Shown: positions 13,886-27,648 of the stretch, piece by piece
Layout of the letters: every line of letters starts with the position of its first letter
How positions within the stretch are numbered: the stretch's first letter is position 1
NCBI GenBank assembly: GCA_013265495.1
Contig: MU058384.1
Location: forward strand, 5,390,792 to 5,454,791
Direction of reading: 5' to 3'
DNA length: 64,000 nucleotides
Source: Vicugna vicugna
Lineage: Eukaryota
The notes under the pieces: generated by a model
The model's input: only the letters and a program-made list of their open reading frames with translations
What the model was told of the DNA's origin: nothing
The model's database searches: none
Program-made: the position numbers and the translations under genes

Positions 13886-14830
13886 TGTTTAAGAAAAACT
13901 CTCATGTTTTCCTTCCCTATACTCACAGCACTACTCTGTACTCCAAATGTTTTCCCCACACCAAGCAGTTCTCCAGTTCCTACAATTTAACTCAATTCTG
14001 ACACTACATACCTGGAGGTAGTGTCAGATCCCGTAAGTTAAGATTTCAGTCCCACAAAACCACACCGCACTCCCTTCAGATGCTAACTGCAATTCCACAT
14101 TGGTACCTGTGTTTCTGACCAATCAGCTCTCAGTTGGAGGTTCCCATGAGTCTCTCTTGGGGTCTGATTAATTTGCTAGAGAGGCTCACAGAACTCGGGA
14201 AAACATTTTACTTACTAGATTACTTATTTATTATAAAGGAATAAAAGTCAGGAATAGTCAGATGGAAAAAGAGGCATAAGGCAAAGCACGTGGGCTGGGG
14301 TGCAGAGCGCCGGTGCCCTCTCTGGACACACACCTGTCCCAGCACCTCCACATATGCCCCACCAACCTGGAAGCTCTCTGAACTGCATTTCGGGGATTTT
14401 TATGGAGAATTCATTATGGAGAAAAACATGATTGATTGAATCACTGGCCATTGGTAATTGATTCAGCCTCCAACCTCTTTATTCTCTCTGGAGGTCAGGA
14501 GGTGGGGCTGAAAGATCGAACCTTCTAATCAGATGGTTAGTGTTCCCCTGGCAACCAGCCCCCATTCTCAGGGGCTTTACAAAAGTCGCTTCATTTACAT
14601 AAACTCAGATGTGGTTGAAAAGGACTTGTTATGAATAACAAAAAAAGAACACCTGTTTCACCTTTATCACTCTGAAGCTATTTCAGGAATTGAGGACAAA
14701 ACCAAATATTATAACAAAAAGTGCCCCAGTTGCTCTAACTACTTAGGAAATTACAATGGTTCAGGGAGCTGTGAGCCAGGAAGAGACAAAAATCACATAT
14801 ATATTTCTTATCATAAATCATAATATCACA
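13886..14830 (-). mobile_element. MER21-type solo LTR
   Basis: TG...CA ends with a perfect 5-bp TSD AACAA (13881-13885, 14831-14835). Internal TCAATTCTGACACTACATACCTGGAG and terminal ATAAATCATAATATCACA are typical of MER21. Confidence 0.85.
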
Positions 14831-14899
14831 AACAATAACAGAAAATTAGAACTGAGGTGCAGGAGAAAACAACAATGTCAATTAGAAATTTGAAGAGGT

Positions 14900-15260
14900 T
14901 GCCGTAAAAAAGAAATAATAGATCAAGTTATTGGTTTTTAAAGGTTCATTCTGCTGAATCTGAGGAGATAAGTTTTAGATGCTTTGGGACCCATTGCAGA
15001 ACATTTGGGGGAAGTGGAGTGGCGGGTTGAGGTGGAATCCTGTGAAACACCAGTGTTTGCAAGGGCAAAGAAAATGATGAGAGAGACTGAGGAGAAAATG
15101 TGAGAGCTTGAGAAGAGCCAGAAGAGTCTTGAGCCAAGAAAGTAGAAAATTTGCAGGAATAAGAAGTAGTTAACAGTGTTGAGTGCAGCAGAGCAGAAGC
15201 TAAGGACTGAAAGGAGTCCACGGAAGCAGCCACGGTGGAGGTCGTTAGTGGCACATCCAC
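14900..15260 (-). mobile_element. LINE-2 RT fragment
   Basis: Translation ATNDLH...SVLSFCSAALNTVNYFLFL resembles L2 reverse transcriptase. Confidence 0.6.
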
Positions 15261-15585
15261 ACAGACCCTCAGTGCTCCGCAAATTCAAAGTCACAATTCC
15301 AAGTTCATCATCCTTCTCTCTGATCATACTCTTCCTCCTGCATTTTCTATTTTAATTTTTGGCATCTAGCCACCAAAGCTAGAAAGCTGAGAATAATTAT
15401 ATGCTTCTAGAACACCCACATCCACTCAACTTTATGCAGATTTCTATTCCTGAGTATTTCTCAGATCCTCCTCTTCTATCCATCTGTACTCCCACAGCCG
15501 TAACTGGGCCCTTGTTAGCATCTGCCTTGACTATTCTGTGGCCTCCTGGCCAGTCTCCTTGCTTCTGGTCTTGTTCCCATCTATC

Positions 15586-16090
15586 TGTATGGGTTATTGA
15601 TGTCTACAAAACAAATTATCTTATGCTTTATAACTTAAAAGAACAATAAAAACGTATTACCTTTCACAGTTCTCATGGGTCAGGAATTTGGAAAAAGCTT
15701 AGCTGTGTGGTTGTTATGAAATTGTCCTCAAGACGTCGGCTGGGGCTGCGTTGTCGGAAGCCTTGACTGAGGGTGGACGATCCACTTCCAAGATGGCACC
15801 TGCACATGGTTCGTAAATTGTTGCGGCTGTTGGTGGAAGGCCTCAGTCCCTCCCAGGGAGTCCTCCTCGGCAGTCCTCATCACAGAGTGGTTTGACTCAC
15901 CTCATGGCCTGGCAGTCTAGCTTCCACCACAGCAAACGATCCAAGATGCCAAGGCAGAGGCTGCAATTTCTTGTATGACCCAGCCTCAGAAACCAGACCC
16001 TGCTGATCATGCAAACTCTGTTGGAGAGAGGAGGCCCCATAAGGGCATGAATAGCAGGAGGTGTCAAGAGTTTAGCCCAGCTACTCCATG
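15586..16090 (-). mobile_element. MLT1 (ERVL-MaLR) solo LTR
   Basis: TCACAGTTCTCATGGGTCAGGAATTTGG...TCCACTTCCAAGATGGC...GGCATGAATAGCAGGAGG. Confidence 0.75.
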
Positions 16091-16668
16091 GTGCTGCTGC
16101 CTTAGCATTCATCTTGTTTGTCCAAGTGGCCTGCAGAGACCTGGAACTGAGCTAGCCCCCTCTTGCAAGCACATGGCCTAGATAGCAGCTTGCAGAGTCA
16201 CAAGCAAATGTAGGTTCCTGGTATGACGGGGAAACTGGGAAGTTGGAGTGTGGAAAAGGTCATTCACATGCATGTTGATAGGCATTCATGTTATTCAATA
16301 TGATAGAAGGACATGGAATAGAGAAACAAGTTATGAATAAGCTGTGAGGTACCAAGGTCTAGGATAAATGCCAAGTGACTGGTAGGGAACAGCAATCAGC
16401 AAGGTAGAAGTCAGACGCCATGGGGGTCCTTATGCAAAGATGAAGGAAAGAGTTTGGCAGAGGCACTGAGGAGCTGTGCGAAGGCTGACACCATCTTGTG
16501 ACGTCATAGTTGGTTGATGGCTGTCATCCTGCCAGCTTCTGCTGATGCCCAGCGGGGAAGGGTTAACATCTTCTGCTCAAGGTTTTCTAGGGAAATAGTG
16601 ACTTTGTGAAGAAGTCTGGTCTTATTTAAGATAAGATGAAGTTATCATTCTGTGAAGGTGTATTTAGG

Positions 16669-16672
<4 letters not shown>

Positions 16673-16702
<30 letters not shown>
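16673..16702. repeat. (GT)n microsatellite
   Basis: Direct inspection. Confidence 0.95.
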
Positions 16703-16705
<3 letters not shown>

Positions 16706-17149
16706 AGAAATTTTAACTGCCACGAAACAGGAATTTCAGGGTGTATATTTGAAAAATTTGGAGAAAGGAAAGGAGTGGCAGGTTTGGAAGGTGAAAAGGA
16801 CATGACACTGATGTAGCCGAGGATAAGAGACTGGGAAAACAGATGAGAAAAAGCTTGCATTTCAGACAGTGACATGTGGGGACAGGATTTGATGCAAGGT
16901 GGAAATAACTGTTCTTGTGGTTTCAAACTAAATCCGGAATGAAGTTTTGGCAGAGATACAGCAGAACAGGCTTTGAGGTTGCAAGTTTATGACAATAGTG
17001 TTTGAGTACAAGCTCCTCGATCAGGCAAATCTGAAATGTTCCAGGTGAGTCTTAGGGGCCTCAGTTTCAAGTTTTCAAGTAGGGAGAAACTCTTTCCTGC
17101 CTAGGAAAGGCCTAAAAGATTAGGGAGCTGAGGACAATTTCAATCAATG

Positions 17150-17345
17150 GGCCAAAAGTGTGGGTTTATAGCTAAATCTGTTCTGTAGTCTAGTTAACGA
17201 AATTGTACAATGTTAATTTCCCAGGCTTGGTATTATCCTGTTGCATAAGATTTTACCACTGGAGGAAGCTGAGGGAAGGGAACACAGGACTCTGCACTAT
17301 TTTGGCATCTTCTCTGAGTTGATAATGATTTCAAAACAAAAATTT
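17150..17345 (+). mobile_element. Old L1MC 3' end
   Basis: AATGTTAATTTCCCAGG...ACCACTGGAGGAAGCTGAGGGAAGGGAACACAGGACTCT. Confidence 0.65.
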
Positions 17346-17645
17346 AACATAGAAGGAGGATATAAGGCCTAGTGTGAAGGGATCTAAGTCCTAAGAGGGA
17401 GAAAATAAAAAACAACACACATTCCCGGACTAAATGGGGGGTAGGGGTGGGGGTGGTTGAGAGAGATGTGTTCATGACTGTTGCCAAGGGATGGAGAACT
17501 TGCGGGGTCTCATTCAAATCTCTGCAGACGGGATACAGAAGAGGCTTACTCCATGAATCTCATTAAATGTAGAACCGACTCTCCTGTGGACAGTGACTTT
17601 TTGCTTACTTGGGTGACTGCTGAATCTCCAGCAATTAAGACAGTC

Positions 17646-17945
17646 ACTATTTGGTGCAGATAGGTGCTCTTTGGTAGAATGAATGAACAAATGAATGATA
17701 TCTCGGAAACTAATACTGTGGTCTAGGTTCTAAAGGGTTATTTAACTATTTATTCCTCAATTTATTTTTCAGGAACTCAAAGTTACCTGATATGACTATT
17801 TGGTGCAGATAGGTGCTCTTTGGTTGAATCAATGAATGAATAAATGATATCTCAGAATCTAACACTGTGGTCTAGGTTCTAAAGGGTTATTTAACTATTT
17901 TTTTCTCAGTTTATTTTTCAGGAACTCAGAGTTACCTGATATGAC
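17646..17945 (+). repeat. Two-copy tandem duplication, period 149 bp
   Basis: ACTATTTGGTGCAGATAGGTGCTCTTTGG begins at 17646 and again at 17795; the copies differ by scattered substitutions. Confidence 0.95.
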
Positions 17946-18444
17946 CATTATTCTCTCAAGAAAGATGAATAAATGGCTTTTGGAGATCAGCCTCAATATT
18001 TTAGAGAAAGAATAGAAAACAAGCCTTGTAAGGGATAAGACTCTGCTTAAGAAGTATAAGAGATGCTCTATTTTTATGAGATTCTAGTGTTCCTAAAAAG
18101 CTTTCTAATTAAACTTTGATTTCCTATTTAAAAGAGAAGCCCACACAACTCTATCCAGAAACCTCTGCCCTAAACAGCTTCTTAGCTCTTTAATGGGGGA
18201 ATAAAAATAATGCATACCATTTATCAAGCACTTGTGTGGCCTTGCATTTTAATCGACAATGACATACATCATCTTATTTAATTTCCCCAACAACCCTCAG
18301 CAGTTACTAACTCTGTCTTACAAGTTAAGAAAGTGAGACACAGACAGTTTATGTAAACTGTGGTCCCATGGCTGAAATGTGGAGGAGCCAGGTTTAGATG
18401 CATTCTGATTCCAAAGCCTGAACTGTGAAAAAACCTTTTTCTAT

Positions 18445-19010
18445 TAAAAAGTGTAGTTGACATACAGAATAACTGATCACTTTGTGTCCAGTTCTGTGAG
18501 TTTGGACTAACACATACAGTAGGATAACTGGCCCCACCATCAAGATGTAGAACATTTCCATCACTCCAGAAAGTAATCGCATGCCCTTTGCAGTCAAGCC
18601 CTCCTCACACACCCAGCTCCGGGCAACCACTGATCTGCTTTCTTGCCTCTGTGATTTTGCCTCTTCCTGAATGTCATGTAAGTAGTGTCATAGCATGTTT
18701 AGCTTTTTAAGTCTGGCTTCTTACCACTTAAAATAATGCCTCTATGAACTTCATCCACGTTGTCTCATGTGTCATATTTTCTTCTACTGCTGAACCATAC
18801 TCACTGTATGGATATAACAGAGTTCGTGTGTCCTTTCACTAGTTCAAGGACACTCTGATTATTTCTAGTTTTTAGCACTTACAAACAAAACTGCTCAAAA
18901 GACAGGTAGGTTTTTGTATGAACATAGTTTTTATTTTCCTAGGGTAGGATTAGGAGTGGATTGCTGGCACAGGTGGTAAATGTGTTTAATTTTATGAGAC
19001 ATTCTGAGCT
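18445..19010 (-). mobile_element. Old L1MB/L1ME 3' fragment
   Basis: CCACCATCAAGATGTAGAACATTTCCATCACTCCAGAAAG...GGCAACCACTGATCTGCTTTC. Confidence 0.8.
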
Positions 19011-19864
19011 TATGCCCACAGTAGTGGTTCAAGCCATTCTCATATAAACATTTTGGAAGAAGCTAATCAGGCCAGTAACGGACAAGTTGAAGGCAGAAAG
19101 ATTGAATGCTGAACCCCAGAAACCTGGCTATAAATCTCAAATCTTATTATATTGTGCCTTCTTCAAAGGAGTAATATTAGGAGAATCAATACCTTGTGGG
19201 TGATTCATGAAACAAAATTCAAAAATGCATTGATAAAGTTTTCTAAATGATGCATCTCTGTTGACCCTGGTCCCTCTGCCTAGAAAGTGATGTGTCCAGT
19301 GAATAAATTGATATTATGTAACTGCTCATGAAGGGTTTGGCTGGCACAGGGCATGGGGAAAGAGTGGCATTCCTGCAGGGTGGGTCTCTTTATGGGAGAT
19401 GATACAAGGCTATGTTTATAGTTGTTCTCTCTTCAACCTGATTTCCTTCCTGTCCTTTAATAAATTAAGAAAAAAATAAATCAGAAGTGATATACAAAAC
19501 AATAAAAATCCAAAGAAAACTAAAAGAAAAATGATAATGAAAAACATCAAATTAAATAGTAGGATACAAAGAGAAAGGGGAAATAGTAATATAAAGTGCT
19601 AGAAAACTAGAAAAAATATAAAACTAGAAATAAACAATAATTCAAGAGTGTGACATATGCGCATTATTGTTCTAAGAAGAAAAATAGATGTTATTTTTAG
19701 GGACTCTAGAAGGTTAAGGAATAAAGCCAGATTTTATTTTTATTTCAATAAGGAAGCAGACCAAGCTGAAAATTTACCACACTGATATTATTTTAACATT
19801 TCGCCATACTCGACTTCTCTAAGACTTGGGGTTCCGTACACGTATTTATAATCCCACCATTAAA

Positions 19865-20180
19865 GAGGCAGCAGGGCTTCATGGCTAAGAGCAAACTCTC
19901 TGGTACCAGATTATCTGGAATTGGCCTTGACTGTGCAGCTTACTGCCTGCAAAACCTTGGACACACTCCTCGCTTCTCTCTGCTTTAGCTTCTCCATTTG
20001 TAAAACAGGATACTAAAAATATTGTTGGTGGCTACTATTGAATGAGTATCCGTGAACTGCTTAGAATAAACAGTGCCGTTCAGAATTTGCCTGTTATTAT
20101 TATTTCCTTTCAGGATTGTTGTGAAAATTAAATGAGGCATAGTAAGCAAAAGCACCCAGGATGCAGTGCACAGTAGATGT
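19865..20180 (+). mobile_element. MIR fragments
   Basis: ATGGCTAAGAGC...CTCCATTTGTAAAACAGGATA...GGATTGTTGTGAAAATTAAATGAG. Confidence 0.65.
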
Positions 20181-23100
20181 TCCCATCCAAATTGACTGAC
20201 TGCCTGAAAATCTGTATCTTGGGCTCTGCTTTCAAAGGAACCCAGATTCAGCCAAACACCTCCTATGTGCCATCACTGGGCCTTCATGAAAGAGAAGCTA
20301 AAGAAATGAAAACCTAACAGAAACATGCAATGTTCTGCCCCAGAGACCTTGACCACAGAGTAAAGCGTTGTCTTAATTACAGCTTTGGTTTTTTTCTAAA
20401 ATACAGACTTCTTCATCTTCAAGACTTGACTTTAGGATTAATAGCTCACAGCTCTATGTTCATAGAAATATGAAGCCTCCTACTATTAATAGAGTACAGC
20501 TTACTTTGGCACAATTATTCGAAAAGTCCCAAGTACAGTTGACATGGATAGATGTCAGTACACTGGCAAGTGGGAGCCTTGTAAGTGATTACAAATAAAA
20601 AGCATGGCAGGCAAAGCGAGGAAATGAGAGATGCTGACTTTTCTTCTTCCAATCAGTTAAAGTTCAAAAACCCAGAACTCCTGCAATTTCCTAAATCAGG
20701 GGTACTTGCTCAGTAAACACGGTAGATTTGAATTTGATCTGAGAGTGTTTCCAATTCTGCATGCCATATTTGTTTTTTCTCCTTTCTCAAGCCACCAGTA
20801 ATGAATACATGTGTCACTCTAAACAGCTAATGGGAGTGCCTGTCAAGGACCCTTTGCCAAACGACTCAGAAATAGCCAAGAGCTTAGAACAAGCTCTAAG
20901 CACGGAGGCCTGTGTTGGGATGACTGGCACTGGGCAGGCAGTACACCACTAAGTCATAGAGTTCCTTCTCAATGAGCACTGCAGTCACAGTTTAGAGGAG
21001 TCCCCGGGGCAGAGAGGGCTGTGTGCTACAAGATGAATTACCATCAGAAGCCCTCTGGTTTCCCAAAGAAATTGACCTGCGTGTAAGGCTGAAGGCATGG
21101 ATCACACGTTGCAAAGGACGTTTCATGGCTAGGATACCCCCCCCTCCTTAGAGTCAAACTCACAAGCCACCCTTGCAATGTAATCCACCGCACTGCCTGC
21201 CTACTAGATGCTACAGAATGAGCTCACACACGGTACATGTTCTTGGGGGTGCAAGTAGGTTCCCAGCCTGAAGCAGTGCCACCAGAAAACAAGCCAGCCC
21301 TTCAGTAAAGGAGAGAAAACTCATGTCTTCAAGACATAACATGCACTGACATCTTTCTTTCCTGGCCCATGTGGGGTGAGACCTCTGTGTTCCAGTAGAA
21401 CTAAGGGTCTTGTGTCCTTCCATTCATTTCTGTTCCTGGGACCCCTCGGTAGTTTAGAGTCCTGGTCCAGCAGGCTCAGGGGTATCCCTTGATAGTTCCT
21501 TTTTGGTGGACTCATTTATTAAGTGACATTCAAAATACCTGGGTAAGCTGAGTAGGGTCCCTAGTCTGAGCAGCTGGTGTTGTCTGCCATCACTGCCTGA
21601 CATTACACTGCCCGGCCTTCCACTCCTTCCTTGCCTGGAGCAATGTCACCTTATTTCTTACACATTCTACCAGGAGACCTGGCAGGTCACTCCCATATGA
21701 TTGTGCTGTTGAGCAGTATGTAAAAAGTTCCTACAGGAACGACACGGGGAAGTAAAACACAGCCCCAGATTCCCCAGCCAAAGTTGCTTTCACTTAGCCA
21801 CATTATCACCTTTCAAAGGCTTCGTGGCTTCAGGGTTCTTCATGTGTTTAGGTAACACTTCTGTTTCCGCTTTGCCTGGCCTGCCAAGGCCTGCCCTCCT
21901 CACCAGCCCCCACCTCCAACCCAGGAAGCTAGAGACAGGGAGTCATGTCTGTGGTAGGAGCACCAGACACACCCATAACCACAGCCAACCCCCCAACAGC
22001 ATGGGAAAGAGAGTGTCATGAAACTAGAAGTTTCTCCTTCAAGAAACTTGTGTTGGATTTCCATTTTCAGCCTACATTCACATTCTAACTTTGTCTCCTT
22101 TTCTATTTCTGCCTTATTCAACATTATATTTTTCTACTTTATTCATCACTACTGGACTTGTGTTATGGACAAAGATCTCAGTGAAGTCCTATGAATAATA
22201 CAAAGATGGATAAAGTAGATGAAGTGCCCTGGGAGCTTGCCAACGGACGTTTCTGAACAGTTACATAAAAGTGCATCTTTTCCCACATCACTAAACCTGA
22301 TTTGGAGGCTGACTTATTAGAATGGACTAGAGTTTGAGACTGACTGTGAATCAAGCAGGTTCTTGAACAACCAAACTGATTTTCTATGAAGAAAGAGAAG
22401 TTTGGGCACTACAAGGCCAACTGAACTACCCCAAGTAAGTTTTAAGTTGTCTGATTTTTATTCATTTAAACATAGAAAAATGTTACCAGAATTTTGAAAA
22501 AGGGTGAAATAACCTGGAAACAAGAAAATATGCAAAGGACAAAAAAAATTTAAGGGGAAAAGGGATGCATGGGATTTTCAGAACTTCAAATTCTGTGATG
22601 GATTAAGGTCTATTGACATACAAATAAATTCTATCTACATGAGGCAAACTACGCCAACTTAACAATAAGAACAAAGAAGATAATTATAATGTCTAATCAT
22701 AAAGATCCCCAATTTTTCTGCTCACCCGGAAATATTTTCCATTTCAGACCACAGGTAGCTTTCTGCCCTTCCACGTCACACTTATCCCTGTGTACATCTT
22801 GACTTGCAGTCACCTCACTGAGATGGATCAGAGGTGACTGACGTAACATTATTTGCTTCATCTTGAATTTGGGGCTCTTCCATTCTCTCTTGGGATGAAC
22901 AACGGACTCTATGTGTTGATTTCAGTTCACAAACAAAGGAGCTGCCAGTGTCTCCATGCTGGGCTGATCTCACGAATGTTTACTCATGAGTGTACTCACA
23001 GAGCCAGCGGGGCTCTAGCCTCCTCCAATTGCTTGTTTGTATAGGACAATCCAGAATGTCCTTTTTTGACAAGAACCTCTTTTCATCTTCCTGACGTAAA

Positions 23101-23328
23101 TTCTGCCAATTTAATGATCATTTTTATGAGTTGGTTCCGAGCCCTCCTATGCATTTTGGTACCAGCCCCAATGTCTCCTGGGCCCTTTGCCACAGAACAG
23201 CTTTTAAAGGAATGATACATCTATTCCACCCCTCTTCTCTATCTGTAGCAAGACCAAACTTGAGCGAGCACTTTTGACGTGAAGTTAAGAAGGATAACAA
23301 GTCTCATTTAATTGCTTTTGATTTAAAT

Positions 23329-23337
23329 ACACACACA

Positions 23338-23380
<43 letters not shown>

Positions 23381-23383
23381 ACA
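23329..23383. repeat. (CA)n microsatellite, interrupted
   Basis: Direct inspection. Confidence 0.95.
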
Positions 23384-24584
23384 GAATGAAAAGAAGCCAG
23401 ATGTATGTAGCATTTATCTCTCCGGAGTTGCCAGGCTTCAGTGACAACCTCAGCATGATGACATCCCACAAATAACACATGACTCCACCTTCCAGGAACC
23501 TGCAGCTTTGTGATTTATTGTCTAGCCTCGCCTTTCTCACCTGTTATTTGTCCCTCTTTGGAGTCCTATCCATGAAGAGATTTCATTTTTAAGACACATG
23601 ATGCATACAATTAAGAGCAGCAACTCTCATCTTCTCTTTGATGAGCAGGTTGGAGGCATTTAAATGCCCGAGGCTGGAGAGGTTTGATTTTAGAGTGAGG
23701 CACTGTGATAGCTAGAAAGGGAGAGAGGGGGCCGAGGGTGATGCCTGGAGCTGCGGAGTTTCTGCTCTGCGCCCTGAAGACTGCGGATCAGGGCTCTGTC
23801 CGCTCCTCCCCGGGCCCCGGCAGGAGGCACGGGTCAAGAGTTCAGACACTCGATGTTTTTCCAAGGGATAAATACGCTACAGTCACCATCTCAGCTTTCA
23901 GCTGGGTAACACAGGAAGGATGGGGGGAGTTGCTTCTTCTGTGGTAGAAATGGTTCTTTGAAGAGTCAGCAGTGGGGAATTGTTCAACTAAATTTTGGTA
24001 TATCTACTTGACGGACTGTTATGCAGGCTTTTAAAGTGAAAAATTTAAAACTCTGATGTGACCTGGGAAATGTTTATGATAAAATATTAGCACAAAAATC
24101 AGAATGTCCAATTTTGTCAACACCATGACTGCAGCAAGTGAGAAGGGACATAGAAAAAAAAAATTTAATGGGTGATTCGTTATATGCGTGGAACTGGGCA
24201 GTTTGTTTTTTTTTTTTCATATACTAGGAATTTTTTGTGGTAGTATGATTGCATTGCTTTAAAAAACAACACTTAATCATGAATAACTTTGAGCTCAGTC
24301 TTTAATGATCGTATCATTAAATACTTGATTTTTTAAAAATGCTGTGTATTTGATAGATGGGTAAGATTCCTGTAGAATGTAACCCCCTTCCACCCCCTGT
24401 TTCTCTCTCTTTTATAATCTCCAGAATCCATAAGCACGATGAGTTTACAAATCTCTTAACTCCAGAGAATTTATAGGAGAATATTTGAAGTGCATCAGAA
24501 CTATCATACTAAAATTTCTCATAAAACAAACAAAAAGGCCTTTTTCATGTTCTTCTAAACAGTGTTGATTCTTCAAATAAGCTT

Positions 24585-25110
24585 TTTGTTTAGAACAGAT
24601 TTACAGAAGAATTGGGAAGATAGGATATAGAGTTCTAATTTGCCTTGTAGCCAGTTTTCCCTGTTATTAACATCTTAGACTAGCACAGTATATGGTATAT
24701 TTGAATTATTGAATCAATAGTGATAGATTATTATTAACCAAAGTCCATCCTTTTTCATATTTCCTTAGTTTGCACCTAGTGTCCTTTTTTCTGCCCAGGA
24801 TCCCACCTAAGACACCACATTACATTTTGTTATGATGTCTCTGTAGGATCTCATGTCTGTGACAATTTCTCAGACGTCCCTGGTTTTTGATGAGCTTGGC
24901 TGTTCAGAGGAATATCAATCAGGTATTTTCCAGAATGTTCCTCAATGGCGATTCGTCTACTGTCTCTCTCATGCTTAGTCTAGGGTTATGAGTGTTTTGA
25001 GGAAAGAGCACAAAGGTGAAGCGCCATTGTCACCAATCATTATTTCAAGGATACGTACTAGCAGCGTGACTTATTCTGTTGCTGTTGACCTTGATCATCT
25101 GGCTGAGAAA
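24585..25110 (-). mobile_element. Old L1MC/L1MD 3' fragment
   Basis: ACAGATTTACAGAAGAATTGGGAAG...TTATTATTAACCAAAGTCCATC...CCCAGGATCCCAC. Confidence 0.75.
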
Positions 25111-25840
25111 GTGAAAGACATTTCTAAAGCATTTCACAGCTTCGAGTACCTGCCAAGGAAAAAACAGTTAAAACAAACTTGGCAAACAAAACGAAAACAA
25201 AAAACCCATAAACAATGAACAAACAAACAGGACAAGGCTCTAATCTGTGACTCCTGGGATTTATTAAATACGAAAACGTCACTTTTCACATGGGTCTTCC
25301 TTCTCCTCCTCCTCATGTACTCATTGGCTCCAGTCCTCCCTGCCTTGGCATTTCTATTTACTTTTATCTGTATTTTAGTGGGAAATTCACATTCATATCG
25401 TTTCAGAGATCAAAATGCTACAGCCCCCCACCCCAAAACCGTTCGGAGCTTTGAGCCATGAAGACACAAGCTCCATGTTTATGTAAAGGTGGCAATTCTG
25501 CACGTAAAGACATCTTCCTTGCAGACTGACAAAATGAATACATTTCATAGAGTTGTCAGATCAACCTTGTGCTATTGGTGATGCGTGCCAACCATCTGAA
25601 CCTCTGCAGATCTGTGATGGGTGAGGTTTGCTCTGATGGGATTCACTGGGGGGCAGGTGCTTTTAAACAGCCTTGCTTTTCTCTTCACTTTGTCATTTCT
25701 TCCCTATGCCTGACCCACCGAAGTTACTTAATGAAAATATTGAATGAATAACTGAATATTTTAATAAAAAGCTGAGAGGATATAAAAAGTGAAAGGTCCT
25801 AGAGATAAGGGTCCCTGTCAGCCCTGCTGTGGGCCTTCCT

Positions 25841-26010
25841 TTCTTTCTTAAAACTTTTTTGTCCAATTATTTTATTTTTTTACTTTTTATTTTTTTGGTG
25901 GGGGAGGTGATTAGGTTTATTTAGTTTTTAATGGAGGTACTGGGGATTGAACCCAGAACCTTGTGCATGCTAAGCATGTGCTCTGCCACTGAGCTACACC
26001 CTCTGCCAAC
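25841..26010 (-). mobile_element. tRNA-derived SINE, Vic-1-like (camelid)
   Basis: Reverse complement of the same family (GGGGATTGAACCCAG...GCATGCTAAGCATG...CCACTGAGCTACACCC). TSD TGGGCCTTCCT (25830-25840) / TGGGCCTTTCT (26012-26022). Confidence 0.85.
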
Positions 26011-27468
26011 CTGGGCCTTTCTAAGGAATGTACTCCATGCATGGCCTTGGCTCCATAAAGTCTTGGCTCATTCTGTCAGCTGCACGCTCACACCCCTGCA
26101 CCCACAGTCCCCCAACCCCCACACATTGGACAAGCCTGACTGAAGGACAGCCAATTCATAGGCTTACTGTCACCTGCTCAGGGGCTGGCATACAGAGATG
26201 AGTTGGAATAACTAGAGTCTTTCCCTTGGAAACTCAGAGGAAGAAAAAAAAGGAATGAATTGCCAGCAAACAATTTTCCCGGAGCAGCCAAATTGCCACA
26301 GAAAGTCAAAACCATGTGCAAGATGAGGTTCTGAAGTGACATGAAGAGAGAAAAAGCTGGTGGGGAAAGGAAGACCTTGAGAGAATCTGACTCAGAGAGA
26401 GGTCAGGAAAGGGGATGTGAAAGAAACCAAGGGGAAAGACCAGTGCCTAAAACCAGGGAATGTCTCAGGCCTTCTGGCCTCTGGTCTCTTCTGATTTGTG
26501 TGATTAACTTCAGATAATACCCACTCGTCTTCCCTAAAGTCAAGTGAGTGTCTCTTACTTAGAGTTCAAAGAGCATTAACAAAAACAGCAAGGTTCTGTA
26601 GGCTCCGGGTCCAGTCACAAGCTACTAGAAGATTTTTCAAATTTGAATAATTTTCCTTGCAGAAAAAACATTTTTAATGTCTTGTGACTGTGTATCCTAC
26701 AGTCAAATGCCCAGTTTACTGTTTCCTAAAAGGTTTGTTTAGACACAGTGCAGGAAAGAGCAAGAAGATGGAAACCAAACAGTGGCCACACCCCCGCCTT
26801 TCCCAAGGCTAACCTGGAGCTCTTTGCCCAGGTCACGCCCACATTCTTCTGCTTCCTTCTGGATTGACCCTGTGGCAAAGCTTTGATGGGTCTGACTTTG
26901 CAAACACATCTGGTGATGCTGAAATCTGCTTAGTCCTGGAAGTTACTGGGCTGCTACCCTTAGTCACAGTAAAAGCATGCATCTTTCCCATCGCTGACCA
27001 AGTTTTTATGAGATTGGTTATGTTATGTTCCTGTTGAGTAATAATAACACTGCCTTTGTTATTTTATAACTATGCAAAAACATGACCAAGGAATGTATTA
27101 AAACATGCCACAAGTAGAATATTATGCATTGCAACAGATTTATGAAACACCAATTAAAAGACGGTTGCTATTTAGACCAACAAAATCTTAAATATAAATA
27201 TTTGAATAATTATGCTTCCCTTGAATGCAGTCTGCTTTTTTTCATAGTAATTTATTGGTTCCCTTGAAAGTACATTTATTGATACTTTCTTGGAGTTCAA
27301 TTTTCTAACTTAGGAAACATTTTTAAAAATCAACACTTAAAAGTATAATTGTGAAGTCTTTCATTAATTTAAAAAATATATTGTTCTTTTTAGTAATGGA
27401 CAAAGTTTGGTACTTTCTGTGCTTTATGAATTTGTTGAATATTAAAATCTGAAAAGATTTTATTTCTA

Positions 27469-27648
27469 CAGTTGATCCTTGAAAAACAGGGTGGGGGGTT
27501 AATCCGAGTATAAGTTATAGTTGTCCTTATGCCAGGTTCCTCCACATCCTCAGATTCCCTACTAAGTACTGTAGTGTTTATTATTGAAAAATATCCTCAT
27601 GTAAGTAGAACACCACAGTTCAAACACCTGTTGTTCAAGGGTCAACTG
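27469..27648. mobile_element. Tigger2a-like MITE (TcMar)
   Basis: Terminal inverted repeats CAGTTGATCCTTGAA...TTCAAGGGTCAACTG, preceded by TA. Confidence 0.85.
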
